NCBI GenBank assembly: GCA_035084275.1
Contig: CM068748.1
Coordinates: forward strand, 6,200,001 to 6,264,000
Source of the DNA: Hydrolagus colliei
Taxonomy: Eukaryota
Reading direction: 5' to 3'
DNA: 64,000 nucleotides
In this document: positions 26,370-39,310 of the stretch, one piece after another
How positions within the stretch are numbered: position 1 is the stretch's first letter
Layout: the number at the start of each line of letters is the position of its first letter
Notes under the pieces: model-generated
The model's database searches: none
The model's input: the letters and a program-made list of their open reading frames with translations, nothing else
What the model was told of the DNA's origin: nothing
Program-made: the position numbers and the translations under genes

Positions 26370-26540
26370 GATGATTGCTATAATTGAGCTCAGCCAGGTG
26401 GGGAAGCAAAACTCCTGCTTCTCGGTTTCTACCATTAATCATTATTCAGCTCCTTGATGTGTGAGAGCGTGGGCATCTGCAAGGGTCTGTTTGGTCTTGA
26501 CTGTGATGCCCTCTACTGTCAAATCCCTGCCAACTTGGAT
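26370..26540 (+). mobile_element. SINE family B internal fragment
   Basis: ttgactgtgatgccctctactgtcaaatccctgccaac resembles 38683-38720 and 60870-60910. Confidence 0.45.
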
Positions 26541-28565
26541 CGTTAAGACTCGATCATAAATAATGGTGATTTGGAATGGGGTACTTAAGTACTTAAGAAC
26601 ACTGAAGTTTACGTGAAATTGAAGATTATGTATCCCAATAGAATTTAAAAATGTCAAATAATCGGCAGCGGTGTAGGTAGGATATTTGTCAAAAGTAAAA
26701 TGCATTGAGAATGGTTGTAATGTTGTGGCCACAATGCTCCCTCTCTTCTAAATGAGGAAGTGTCAGATAGAAAACAGCAATGCATTTCTTGGGAATATGC
26801 TAGACAAATATCCTTAAACCATGACTGGAGTAAATCCAGCAACAAACAGAAGGAAACTAACTTACTGGCTTGTGTAGTGTCCTTACAAATGTAAATATTA
26901 CTGCTGAGGGAATATACTACACTCTAAATAAAGTTCACCATTGATGAGTAATCCAATTTGTTTTGAGATGGTACGATGGTTCCCACGAGCATTTGATGTT
27001 TCAGAGCTTTTACCCAGTAAACAAAGCATGTTTCATTTCCCATAATATATTTAAACCTTAACCTTACTGTTTAACTGTTAACTTCCCTTGAGATATTACC
27101 TCTGTGTAACAATGACTGAATAAAGCTGTGTCATTTGTAACCATGTAAAAATATTTATGAATTCACCTGTAATAAATTTCAAGCTTGAACATTTTTAAAA
27201 GGTGGGCCAACGTCACACATACGTTAACACTAACAATACGCATTCCATCACTGTACAGGATTTGGTTTTGAAAAGCGAACAAGTTCAAACTCTCCAGTCT
27301 ATATCAAATATTGTGTGTGTGCCTCTAAACATGATTTTACATCACTTAAATAAATGATTCAAACCAAATGTGAAAATCAATTGGAACTAAATAGCATTAC
27401 AAAATGTTCTACATGAATAGCACATTAATTTCGAGTGGCATGTTAGAGAGCAATGCAAACTGTAAACAATAATATGATAATTTTTGTTATATAGAGAGCA
27501 AACCTAATAAAGTAAAGATTAGTTTTGAAGGTCTGAACTATAAGCTATACAATATGAAAGTACAGAAATTTGAAAGCAATATGGCAGACCTGAATATATA
27601 TATTCTTATTTGATCGCTATTCATAAATTTTTTTGGATAGCTATTACATTATGTGGCTTTTGAGGTAGTATATTACACAATTCCTGTTCTCACTTATCTG
27701 ATCTACTTTTCTTCAATATATACCTAAAATTAAATGTAGAACATTCTGATACTGTACATGTCCCTCTGCACTTGTGTTGTGTACAGTTAGATTAAGAAGT
27801 AGATCTTTAAAATACTTTTCAAACAATAGAAGGCATGTTTAAAAAAATATCATATTTAATTTCTATAAATAGCACATGAAGAGCAGAGAACAGGGTAAAT
27901 ATTCTGTGTTAATGTTTGTTTACGTCAATAATAAAATCACAAATAAGCGTATATTTTATCCAACAGTTTACAATAATTTATCAGTGCCCAAAACATTGAA
28001 ATATACAATCCATCTGTGTTAAAGGATCACAATTGAATATTTAATGAGAAACAATAACATGCATTGGTGAACATGCAGAACCAGGGGGAGCTGGCAATAG
28101 TAATTTACATATTTAAATTACAATAGATCACCTGGTAGGCAAGCAACAACCATCAGAACAACGACAGGTACTAACCACCTAAACAAAGAGGAATTGGTGT
28201 CCATATTTCTGATCCAAATTTATACCATGAGAATAATATTGATAAACCAGCAACCCAGTATGTTTGACACCCGTTGTTTATGTTGCCCTCTTGCTTCTAG
28301 CCGGGAATTAATTATTTATCGCTGAATATATTTATAGAATTTTTCGACTTAACAATGCTAGATTTCTTATCTTCCATAAGCTTGTGCTGCTGGGTTTACT
28401 GTCTGCAAAGATAGCTCTGCAATTAAATAACTGTTCCTTTGGGAGTCATTTTGAATTAAAAAAATGTGATTATAAAATTCTGTAAAATAAAAAATGTGGC
28501 TGTAATTGAATTAACTTTTTGCTGACCCAGCAAACAAGTAAAGCATGTGGAATGTATGTAAAGTT

Positions 28566-29522
<957 letters not shown>

Positions 29523-29555
29523 CTAGCAGTAGAATCCGGGGTGTATTATTGTCAG

Positions 29556-29642
29556 TTAAATGCCAGTCAACAGTCTCAGATGAAATGATGTGAGTAGCAA
29601 CACACAAAGAAGTGGAGTTTGGAAAACTTCCTTGATCTCCAT
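29556..29642 (-). other. Upstream ORF (28 aa, MEIKEVFQTPLLCVLLLTSFHLRLLTGI*) in the 5' UTR part of the coding exon
   Basis: ATG at 29642-29640 and TAA at 29558-29556. The ATG is 141 nt upstream of, and in frame with, the main ATG. Confidence 0.55.
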
Positions 29643-29675
29643 CTGGAAAAGACAAAAATTACAAAATGAGTGAGG
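29643..29675 (-). promoter_or_regulatory. Splice acceptor (polypyrimidine tract, CAG) of the hs3st1-like coding exon
   Basis: Minus strand reads cctcactcattttgtaatttttgtcttttcCAG|ATGG, with a branch-point-like ctcac. This fits the HS3ST1 layout of a non-coding first exon and a single coding exon. Confidence 0.75.
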
Positions 29676-30859
29676 ATGAAGCACAAATGTAAATTCTGTA
29701 AGTACAAAATTGCTTTCATAAAAATTATAAATCTTGCATCTTTTCTAAATGGCGGAATTATATATCGCTTGGGGCATCAATGTATTTTTTTGACATCTAA
29801 TCATCAGTCCATATAAGCTTATTTTCCTCTCATAACTTACACTAAGGATTCCAACCTCTGTGATTGACATCAGGGTAATACAGGAATTACACAATTACAC
29901 AATTGATCTTAATAAATAAAAACAATTAGCTGCAAAACCAATTTAGTTCCACATTCAACGATCACATAAAGAGCTTAAATTCTGACCTTACATCATATGG
30001 AAGTATACTATATTCAAATATTTGCTTCCCTTTGTACTTAAGAAATGATGTATACTTGAAGGGGCAATCAGAGCATTCCAATTAGATTTTATTTCAGTTT
30101 TACAGATAATATGCAGTCAGAACATTTATATAATTTATTTTTGTTATTGTAAAATAGACTTCCGCATCACGTTTCGATGTTCGATGGAGAAGACAATTAG
30201 TGGATAAATTTGGATAATACAATTCTATCAGATCAATAACATTTCAACCAAGAGTAACTGAGTTCACATGAGATCATCAGTTGTTTATAACTGAGTTAAT
30301 TTCACAGCAACTAAGCTGTGATTCAGAACAGCTAAGTTCTTCATATAAGCAGCTCACTTCACATAAAATTTATAATGAACTTTTTAATATATTCAACAAT
30401 TCATAGATTCACGCAATGGGGTCTGGGTAAATTTCATACCCCATTGCATTGTAACTATACTAAGCGTAATTTTCAGTAGTAATAATAACATTGCTTGACA
30501 TAGTATGAAACTGATATATTACTTTTATGGTGATTTGCTTGTCAATTTCATGCCAGTTTTAGAGATTCTAAAAATCAATCAAAGAGTAATTCCTCCGGGC
30601 TCAGATTGATCAAGAAGTAGAACTTACAATGAATCAATGACACCAACAGCATTTCAAACTCCTGTGGGATGAGATTGATAAGAGTGGTACAAAAATAAAA
30701 ATTGGAATAGGTGAAATATATATTTTTTGTCAATAAATGTTGATGAACATTTAATAAAGACCAGAAAATATATTGTGCATTCCACAACCATGATGCAAAT
30801 GCTTACATAAAAATCATACATTTTATCGCATGAATGTCCTTATTTCTGATTAATGAAGA

Positions 30860-30990
30860 TTTCTGTTAGGGAGTAATAGCTCGGAACACAATACAGTATA
30901 TAGTTTTGGACACAACATGCCAGGATGATGGAAGGCAAACTGGCTGGACTTTGGTCTTCCTTTCCCTAGCAAATTCTTATGTTCTTATAT
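30860..30990 (+). mobile_element. CR1 LINE 3' end, same family as 1-1322
   Basis: ccaggatgatggaaggcaaac...ggtctt...ctagcaaattcttatgttctta aligns with ~1255-1322. Confidence 0.62.
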
Positions 30991-31719
30991 AATATAGAAC
31001 TAAAATCTGATTAATTAATATAAAATAGTAATTGTTTGCTTGCATGTGGATTGGCACAACAATGTTCTATCTCACCTGGCTGGCATTTACAATCTCAGAT
31101 TTTTGGAAAGGGTTTCTTTTAATATTATTTATTATAGTACTGTATTTTGCTTTGGTTAAAACAAATATTTTCTTTCTTTCTTCCTAGAAAAAAATCTAGG
31201 CAAATCATAGTCATTACATTGTTATGAACTCACCACACTGTCATTACAGTATTGAGCTGTTTCCTAAATGTGTCCAGTGTCCTGGCATCAACCACTCTTA
31301 CTGGTAATCACTTCATGTTGTTTTTTTCTGCGGGAAAAAATCCTTCCTGCTATTATCCTACAATTTACAAATATCTATCCTGTGATGTGATTTCAGATGT
31401 CCTTTTGATGTGGACAGTGCTGTATCAAATAGAAGGATTATTAATACAGATCAGTTTGTTTAGCAACATGGTAAGGATGCATTTTGCAAGATTGTTGAAA
31501 GCGGGAGTTAGCACCCTGACCCAGAGGTAGTTCTAATTAACTTTGACTTTGTAGTAATAGCCCTACTATTACTTAAAAAGGTTACACATAGCGAGGAAAA
31601 AGCTACACATTTTTTTGTCCTGTTACATCATTGTGTTGTCTTCAACAAACTAAGGAAATATTTCCGAAACAATTTATCATAACCTTTCCCATTTAACATT
31701 TCTTTTAAATAATAATAAA

Positions 31720-31893
31720 TTGGTTATTTGAATTCACGACTGTTTGTGGGACACTGCTGTGCACAATTGGCTGCCACATTTCGTCCACATATATACAGTC
31801 AATTCACTTTACAGTATACTGTATTCTGTGAAGTGCTTTGAGACGTCTAGAAGGTGTGAAAAGTTCGATATCAAATGCAAGGATTATTATTAG
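31720..31893 (+). mobile_element. SINE family A 3' part carrying a 5-bp footprint insertion
   Basis: tgtgggacactgctgtgcacaattggctgcc...atcaaatgcaaggattattatt; extra CTGTA at 31819-31823 relative to sister copies. Confidence 0.8.
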
Positions 31894-31959
31894 TTTTCCT
31901 TCCAAACCTAAACATGTGCTCTTTTCCTGTTGTATATCTGAAAGCATTATTTTAGCTTC

Positions 31960-32430
31960 TCTCTTCAACCCCCATTAGGGATATGTATAAACCTTCTGAG
32001 AGATATGTCTTCGAGGTTGAAGAGTCCCTACTTGTGAGGATCAGCGTGATTGTTCTCCATTGCACTGTACCCAGTCCTAGGGCATCCAAAACTGTAGCTG
32101 TACTCCACCACCAAAGCTTGCCCACAGATGTGATGCTGCCCGTTTCGTGAAATTGATCTTGGATCATTGCCCACTGTTGCTATAAATTCCAAACCATTGC
32201 CAGATCATATCACCAACACTAAATCAGACTCTGATGCTATGAGAAACCGTTGTTCACCGTTGTCACTTACCCTGGATACTTGTGTAGATATGCAAACCAT
32301 CCTGTAGATCATTATCAATTGTCTTCCTGTGCGGACTATTCCATGATATTGCCATTCTCGAAAGACAACATGCCACTGACGCTACACTCTGCAGACCATT
32401 TCTTATTAATCTTGTGGCCTGCAGCCACTT
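31960..32430 (-). pseudogene. Tc1/mariner (Tc1-like) transposase fossil
   Basis: Minus-strand pieces in the expected order: IRNGL..VACCL (CpG-decayed IRNRL..ARRP), a degenerate VLFSDES-like stretch, SFGGG, then TVLDAL...STSKTYLSEGL (compare VMVWGGI...LTAQRY..EIL). Confidence 0.6.
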
Positions 32431-33317
32431 TACTGCTCACATTATTCCATGAAGAGCACTTCACAGTGGTGTCAATTCACAGTGGCAATATCACATTCTT
32501 TGATAGCCACATTTGCACTGAATTTTGAGAGGACCAATATTAGGTGGATGGATTTTTAAACAATGAAAAGTAGTTCGCAATTTGCACAGATAACTGTCAG
32601 TACCAGTATGTTTCGCACAATCTCTGTGAGAAATTGGTGTGCTTGTTCAAAAATTCACAATTTTGATTAAAATGTATCATCATGCAATCGCAAATAGAAT
32701 CATCTGTGTGAAAACCATCTTTTGAATATTAGTGAAACTTCAGCTACCACTTTAGTTCACTTAATTAAACAATGTTTAGGGTTCAGCATAAAGAACGAAA
32801 CTATCTGGTGATTATTATCTTTGGCTGAAAGATTGTTATAATATCCTATAGAACATTGCTTATACAGTACATAGTGTCATTAAATTAACAATCTCACCTA
32901 TTTTTCTTATATCACTTAGGAAAAAACCCTGCTAGTTATTTTCTCTGTACTTTGTGCCTAGCTGGTAAATGTAAGGATTCATGCATACTTGATACAATTG
33001 AAACAAGCTTGTGCAAGGCTTATTGTATGTAATTAAACTGTGAGATGGATACGTTGAATGCCAATAATTATGAATAACCTAATACTTGAGATCAAGACAA
33101 ATTCAGTCAATAATAAAAGCAGTCTTCATTAGTCAGGAAGTTTGTAACAGGGACTGTGCATCTCGTGTACAATCATCTGCTGTATATCACAATCTTCTGC
33201 ATAACATGTGTTATAAGTTTAAATGTCACTGAGTGGCACAGCAGGTTAGCATTTTGTTCTTTCTCCTGGGTTGCTATCTATTTTGCTGGGATACCATTTA
33301 TGTAAATGTTTCACTGG

Positions 33318-33910
33318 AAGGACAGCACCTCTTACAATGCAGACACTATTGACCCAATAATATACAATACTCGACAATGAACCTGAGATGAGCTGAAATT
33401 GTGAACTGGGGCTTGAGGTGAAAGTTTTGACCTAGATTCGAGAGTGGAGCAATTGAAACTGAGCTGAGCTGACAACCGACACTAGATAATAGGCTTTATA
33501 TATTTAAAGCTGCTATAGTAATAGTGTGATTCACTAGTTTAATGAATCAATCTGCTTTGGTGCCACACAGCTAGTGGTTATGCCCTCAGATCCTGGAGGA
33601 AATCAAAGTGTCTAAGGGTGTGAGTAATTTAATCAATTTAATGCAATTTAAATGTGTCTCTGCATGCTTTATGTATTTACCAGTGAGATCAATTACACGA
33701 ATGCCAATAAATATAAATATGTATGAAAATATACGTAATTTATAGTCCATTGTCAACTTGGCTTAGTTTCAATTAATACTCTTTGGTATCTACATCAGAA
33801 AATTGCATTCAATCCCCACATCATGATTTCTGATCACACTCCACTATGATCTCCTGTGCATTACTAAAACATTGCTATATTATAGGAAGTCTTGTCCTTC
33901 GGCTGAGAAA
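33318..33910. mobile_element. Two very old DeuSINE 5' remnants, head to head (- at ~33318-33475, + at ~33750-33910)
   Basis: ggacagcacctcttacaatgca...actgagctgagctgaca, and tgtcaacttggcttag...ggaagtcttgtccttcggctgaga. Confidence 0.4.
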
Positions 33911-34165
33911 TTTACATATATGTTCTCCAATTTCAAGTAAATGAAAATTATCAGTGTTGATTTAAGAAGTCAAATGAACACCAGTAAATAAGGATGGCAG
34001 AGCATCAATCAAGTGAAATCCTGATGATTCATTATTCAGACCAGCGGACAGATAGAATCATCAAAACATTATTCACAACTTTTAAAAAAAAGCATAGGTT
34101 TAACCAGAAATGAGTTAAGTTTGTCAAACAAAAATGATTGAAGTAGCATTTCAATGATATTGTTA

Positions 34166-34242
34166 AATTTGTTAAATACCCGAACCTACACTCTTCAAAA
34201 TTCAAAATTTTGAAGAGTGTAGGTTTGGGTATTTAACAAATT
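34166..34242. repeat. Inverted repeat: 37-bp arms, 1 mismatch, 3-nt spacer
   Basis: aatttgttaaatacccgaacctacactcttcaaaatt-caa-aattttgaagagtgtaggtttgggtatttaacaaatt. Confidence 0.95.
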
Positions 34243-35819
34243 ATTGAAATCATATTCAGTTATTGGTACTGCTACTAAACTACTTTTGTGACACAGTAGT
34301 TTCCATGAGTCATTTTACTCTCCGTTGAAATATTGTCATGCGAAAATAATCTTACCATGAGAAACCATCCTTTAGTTCACCTTGCCCATTTTTCTTTGTG
34401 TTTCAGATTTTTTTTTAATGTACAATCTATTAAGCAGATGGAGAAAAAAAATCTTATGTTGCATAAGCATTACCAATGATGGTTTGTTGAGATATCCTAT
34501 AAGCCTACAAACACATTATTTTAATTACAAATTATTTTGATTACAAATTAAAAGATCTTGGTTTACAGATGGGGCTGCAAAAGAAATAATGTTTAGGTAC
34601 AGGTCAAGTACATAAAAGAAACCAAAGTTCCCTGAGCCACATAATCAGATGATACTGTTGGCCACCCACCTTCTGGGAAACAAAAACTTGTAACAGATTG
34701 TTTCTCTGCTGGAAAATAAATTCAGTGAATATATCTCACTCCTAACTACTTAATCACAGGGTTTATAACACTTGAACAGTCTCTGTCCCAGACCTGATCT
34801 GGGGAGAGGGAGGGACACATGCCAATAATGAGGATGAACAAAATTCACTTCTGTTGTGTCAGCACCAGCTGCTTCCTGCAACTGACACAGTGTAAATACA
34901 TATGACGAAAAAACGTTTCAGAGGGTGTCGGAGAAAGTAAAACATTTATTTAGCACAGATGTATCACAATGATTTCTTTTCCTGCCCATTTTATAATGGA
35001 TTTATGCCACTACCACTCTAAATCTGATAGCAAATTGCTCATATAACCACATTTGTAAATCCTTGCGCATTTGGTAATCCCATCTATTTTGTCCCGCTCT
35101 CATATGTATTCTTTTCACAATATTATCCTTATCTAAGTTATGATGATTTAACCCTTAGATTTAGTTCCTCTTATCTCTCCTTGTAGATGTCTCCTTATTT
35201 TGAAGTTAATCCAAAAAGCAATGTCAATTCCCAACTGGAAGATGTTCACATAATCTATGTAGATTATATATTTTCTTAGGGGCTTCCTTCCTCACTCTTT
35301 CAGAGGAATACAAGTTCTTTATTTTGTCTGCCAGAGAGGTTTTCAAAACACAATTTTACTGATAAAGAGATTGTCAATTTGATCAGGCCTCAAGCCTCAG
35401 GCCTCAAAATTAACAAATTTAACAATAATTATTGGATTGCTGGGAGATTCACTTTGGACCAAATCATTAGCTTTCAAATCACTTGTTTCATCATTGTCCC
35501 CATCCCTTCCTCACCCTCTCCCAGAGCTTCAGTAGCCCTTCATATAATGCTTGGGTTTGTGTTCCAAAAATAGTCTTCAAAATATGGACCACATATTCAA
35601 ATGTAATTATTCCTACTCATCTCTGAGAGACTTGGCTTCTAACCAAGTCTTCCTTACTTTGACTTGGGCCTTCACAGTTACTGCTTATATTTGTTCTGAA
35701 TCTCAGCTCCGAATTACTCCTTTTGATTATCGATTTTATCAGATGGAAGCTTTGCTATCCAGGTCACTGTTTCATATCTTTTTTTAAAAAAAAGTCAAGA
35801 GACTTTAACTGTGTATATT

Positions 35820-36210
35820 CCTCATACTTGGGATTCTCGCCCGCAACAAACCTCGCTCCCCCATTACCCCAGTTCTTGCCAGACTTCACTGGCTCCCTGT
35901 CCCAGAGAGGATCGATTTGAAGATCCTCACCCTTGTTTTCAAATCCTTCCACTCCTCTGTACCCCCCTACCTCTCCGACCTCCTCTCTCCTTAGACTAGC
36001 ATCAGTTTCCTTCGCTCCACCGGGTCTGGCCTCCTCCTTGTCCCCCGAATCCTCCTTTCAGGTCTCAGCTAAAGATCTTTCTCTTCAACCACGCCTTTGG
36101 TCACCTTTCTACCCCTGCCCCTGGCTCGGTCCCGGGATCTATTATTGTGAAGCGCTCTGAAACGCTGTCCGGCGTGGAGGGTGCTATATAAATCAAAGTT
36201 GTTGTTGTTG
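35820..36210 (+). mobile_element. L2 LINE 3' fragment with internal deletions
   Basis: PITPVLARLHWLPVPERIDLKILTLVF-type coding remnant; tail gctatataaatcaaagttgttgttgttg. Confidence 0.85.
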
Positions 36211-36751
36211 AATATGCTTTGCATGTTCTTTGTGAATCAGAGATAGCTCAGAGTTTTCTTTTCGCTCCTATGAACTTGTCATGCTGAGCACCATCTGTTT
36301 ATGGATAAAATTCATGATGTTGGGTACAAGTGCAGGCATCTCACTGTTTGATCTTTATTCCATCTGAAGCACTTCTATCACAAAGCCACTTATGTGGGAG
36401 TAAACCACTCATTCATCCTAGCTGCTGTTCATTGATAAACTGTATGACTTTCCACAGGTTTAATTGGAGTCTATCAGTCCGTGACTGACTGCTTTGCTCA
36501 GCTTTCCCTCAGGTAAATCAAGGCAGAAATATCCTAAAGTTTCAAGCTTTATTGTTTTTTTCCTTATTTTCCTTATTGTAATGGAAACATGGTTAGCTGT
36601 GAGTTTATGAAATGGTGAACCGTTTTCCTTTGCTGGAAGTGGTCAATCACCAATTGCCACATTCTTTTTTCACCAATTCAATGTGCGCTTTGGTCACCGC
36701 AGATTTCTTCCACTGACTACCATCTTCTTGTATTTCCCTGGAAAGAAACTA

Positions 36752-37087
36752 CAGTAAAACCTCGATAACCTGGCCAGGTTGGGCCCACTCTCCTCCCAGA
36801 TTTCGGAGTTTGCCGGTGTTTAGAAACCTACCTGGAAATGGCAGGGGAAGCTTGGTTACACCTGGTGAGCTGTAAACATAGCACTGAAGGGAAACAATGC
36901 TTGAGCTCCACCCACAGCGCTGGGTAACAGCTTAGCCACACCAGGAACTACAAGCAGCTGTTCCAAACTTCAGATTTGCGGACATCGGAAAAAAATCTAA
37001 TACTGTAATAACTGTATGTATTTTGAAATCTTGCCGGTTTGAGGGAGTTGCCTGCTTTCCGAATGTCAGATTATCAAGGTTTTACTG
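36752..37087. mobile_element. Non-autonomous Tc1/mariner (pogo/Tigger-type) MITE, 336 bp, TA target duplication
   Basis: TA|cagtaaaacctcgataacctg ... cagattatcaaggttttactg|TA. The 21-bp TIRs match at 19/21, with CAGT termini and no coding capacity. Confidence 0.9.
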
Positions 37088-38679
37088 TAGCTTATTGCAA
37101 GAAATTGGGTGGCTGCAAGAAAAACCACTAGGACTTTTGTGTTGTCCTTTAAAGACATATGTCCCTATCCTACATTTGCCAATATAATTCTTGTTAGAAT
37201 ATTATTTCTGAATAACACCACTGTACAATTTAAAATTTTCTCCAGGTCACCAAATTTAGTGAACCTTCTCTTAACATTCTTGTTCCTCACATTAACAGTG
37301 TGGTTATATCCTCTGGGTTATTATGTTAGTAGATTGTAGATCAGTATCAAAGCACTGAGCTCCACGCATCACATTTTATAATAAATTGATGAATCCTTGT
37401 ATTATTCAACTCTTCTCAGTCAGCATTGAATTTGCCCAATCTTGATGCAATTATCTCTTTTAAAAAAAATGTTTAGCATGATATCTAATGAAACATACTT
37501 TACCAGGCTATCAATCCACAGTGAACCATACTTTTCAAATAAACAGGTTGACTGTATACAAAATGATGCTTGAGATTTTCTCTGTTCCATCTAGTTTCTG
37601 TAGAATTCAGTATTGTAATACTCTCTCCAACTAACATTTGTTTTCCTAGTTATTACATTTTTAAAAATTATACTACAAGAGATAGAATACAGCCTCATTG
37701 ATTTTGAATACAATCATATATCCAATTGATAAAATGCATTGCGAATGATACTTTCCTTTTAATATAAAGCAAAACAAAACAGTCCCATTTTAAACATATA
37801 TTATAGGATTTCAGATATTTTAATTTTAAAATGTTATATCTCAAGGAAAGTGAGATGTTCACTTATGAAGAATAATGATCCTTGCATTTGGTACAGTGTT
37901 TTTTCAAGTACAAATATTCTAAAGGCTTCACTGAGATTTCTGTAAAGCACAATGAAGAAACAACATCTTATGTTTTTATGTAACATGAAGTGAATGACCA
38001 ATTTATTAATTCGAGGTTGAAATCTCTGGGGCCAATAATGTAGAGGTGGAGGGGGACAGGGGTTTGCATTTGAAGAACAGTTTCACATTATAATGTGAAA
38101 CAGCAGAAGGTGAGGAGGCGTAATGTGGACGATAGACACCAGCTCAGACATTTTCTGTGTTTCTGTGCTATGTAATCCTACACAATGGTTTTTCAATGGC
38201 ACCCTATTTATGTGTTATATTTGGATTGTAAGCAAGGAACATGAGAGCAGAATGTAACAAACCAGAATGCAGTACCATTGGTAAATTGTAGTAAAAGTGC
38301 TAATTGTTTCGCATTGCCTTCTCAGTGCATAATGTTATGACTAAAATAGTGGGTTGGTTCAAAAAGGCCTCATATTGAAGCACTTGAAAATCTGCTTTTA
38401 CCATCTTTTACACAGAAGCTTATCAAATTTATATCTACTCGCACATCTAAAAACTGAAATCTAATTGTAAAAGGTTTCAATCAGTATTTAATCTATTAAT
38501 CCTTAATTTTTTTTGCAAGAGTAAACATGTTGAAATCTATATATTTCAAACTCATAAAATAAAACAAAACTGAATACAAAATGTCGCTTAGCCTCGCCTT
38601 TCAAATATCAGTCATGTCCTTAGTCATGTTAAACATCCTCATGGTTCAATACTTCTGCAGCCTTCTGATATATCAATAA

Positions 38680-38860
38680 ACAATGCCCCTGCAGTCAAAT
38701 GGTCAAACAACACTCGCTGTCAAGGCTCGCTTGAATAAGTGGCAACACATGAATAATGGTCTCTTACAAATGATACCAGAAGGCACCCTGCATCCATGCA
38801 AGTATATTGCAGTAAAAAGAAGAATCATTCAAATTCCTCAGGAGAGAGGAGACAAAATTG
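38680..38860 (+). mobile_element. SINE family B 3' part
   Basis: acactcgctgtcaaggctc...acatgaataatgg...ataccagaaggc...caggagagaggagacaaaattg; shares cacatgaataatgg with ~60915. Confidence 0.55.
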
Positions 38861-38899
38861 TTGAAGAAATAACAACAGAAACTACAACACTACCCAGTT

Positions 38900-39310
38900 A
38901 GTCAAGCCATTTAAAATCTCACCAGTTCACTTCTTGTCACCTTTTGACTCCTAGTCCTCTTCCAATCAGCTTTTAATGTTGGTGACATAGTTTCTACTTC
39001 TGAGGACTAACCTTCCTAGATGAATGTCCTGAAGCTTTATGGATTCCCAGTGGAGAGAGACAATGCATCTGTGGATTTCCACAGTATAGTTTGCAGCTAT
39101 CCTTAGTCTTAAATTGCTTTTAGATTATTATACTTCAATATTTTCTTTTTCGGCAAGATCTGTCCTTGTATAATCTTCTCTGCACCCCCCCTCCCCACCT
39201 CTCTTCCTGAGGGCATTTGATTTATTTTTCCTTTTCCTATGGTAGAGTCACACAAGCCCCAGATATCCTTCAGTGCCTTGCTAAGGTGACCATTATTACC
39301 ATTATTCAAA
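38900..39310 (-). mobile_element. Very degenerate CR1 LINE fragment
   Basis: Reverse-complement pieces resemble CR1 ORF2 (gaaggatatctggggcttgtgtga ~ KDLGV; gaaaatattgaagtataa ~ ENIEV). The signal is weak. Confidence 0.4.

Noticed and set aside
27855-28045. Poly(A) signal of hs3st1-like (minus-strand ATTAAA at ~27855 and ~28040)
   Set aside because: I found no canonical AATAAA nearby, and ATTAAA is common in AT-rich DNA; it cannot be chosen without transcript data.
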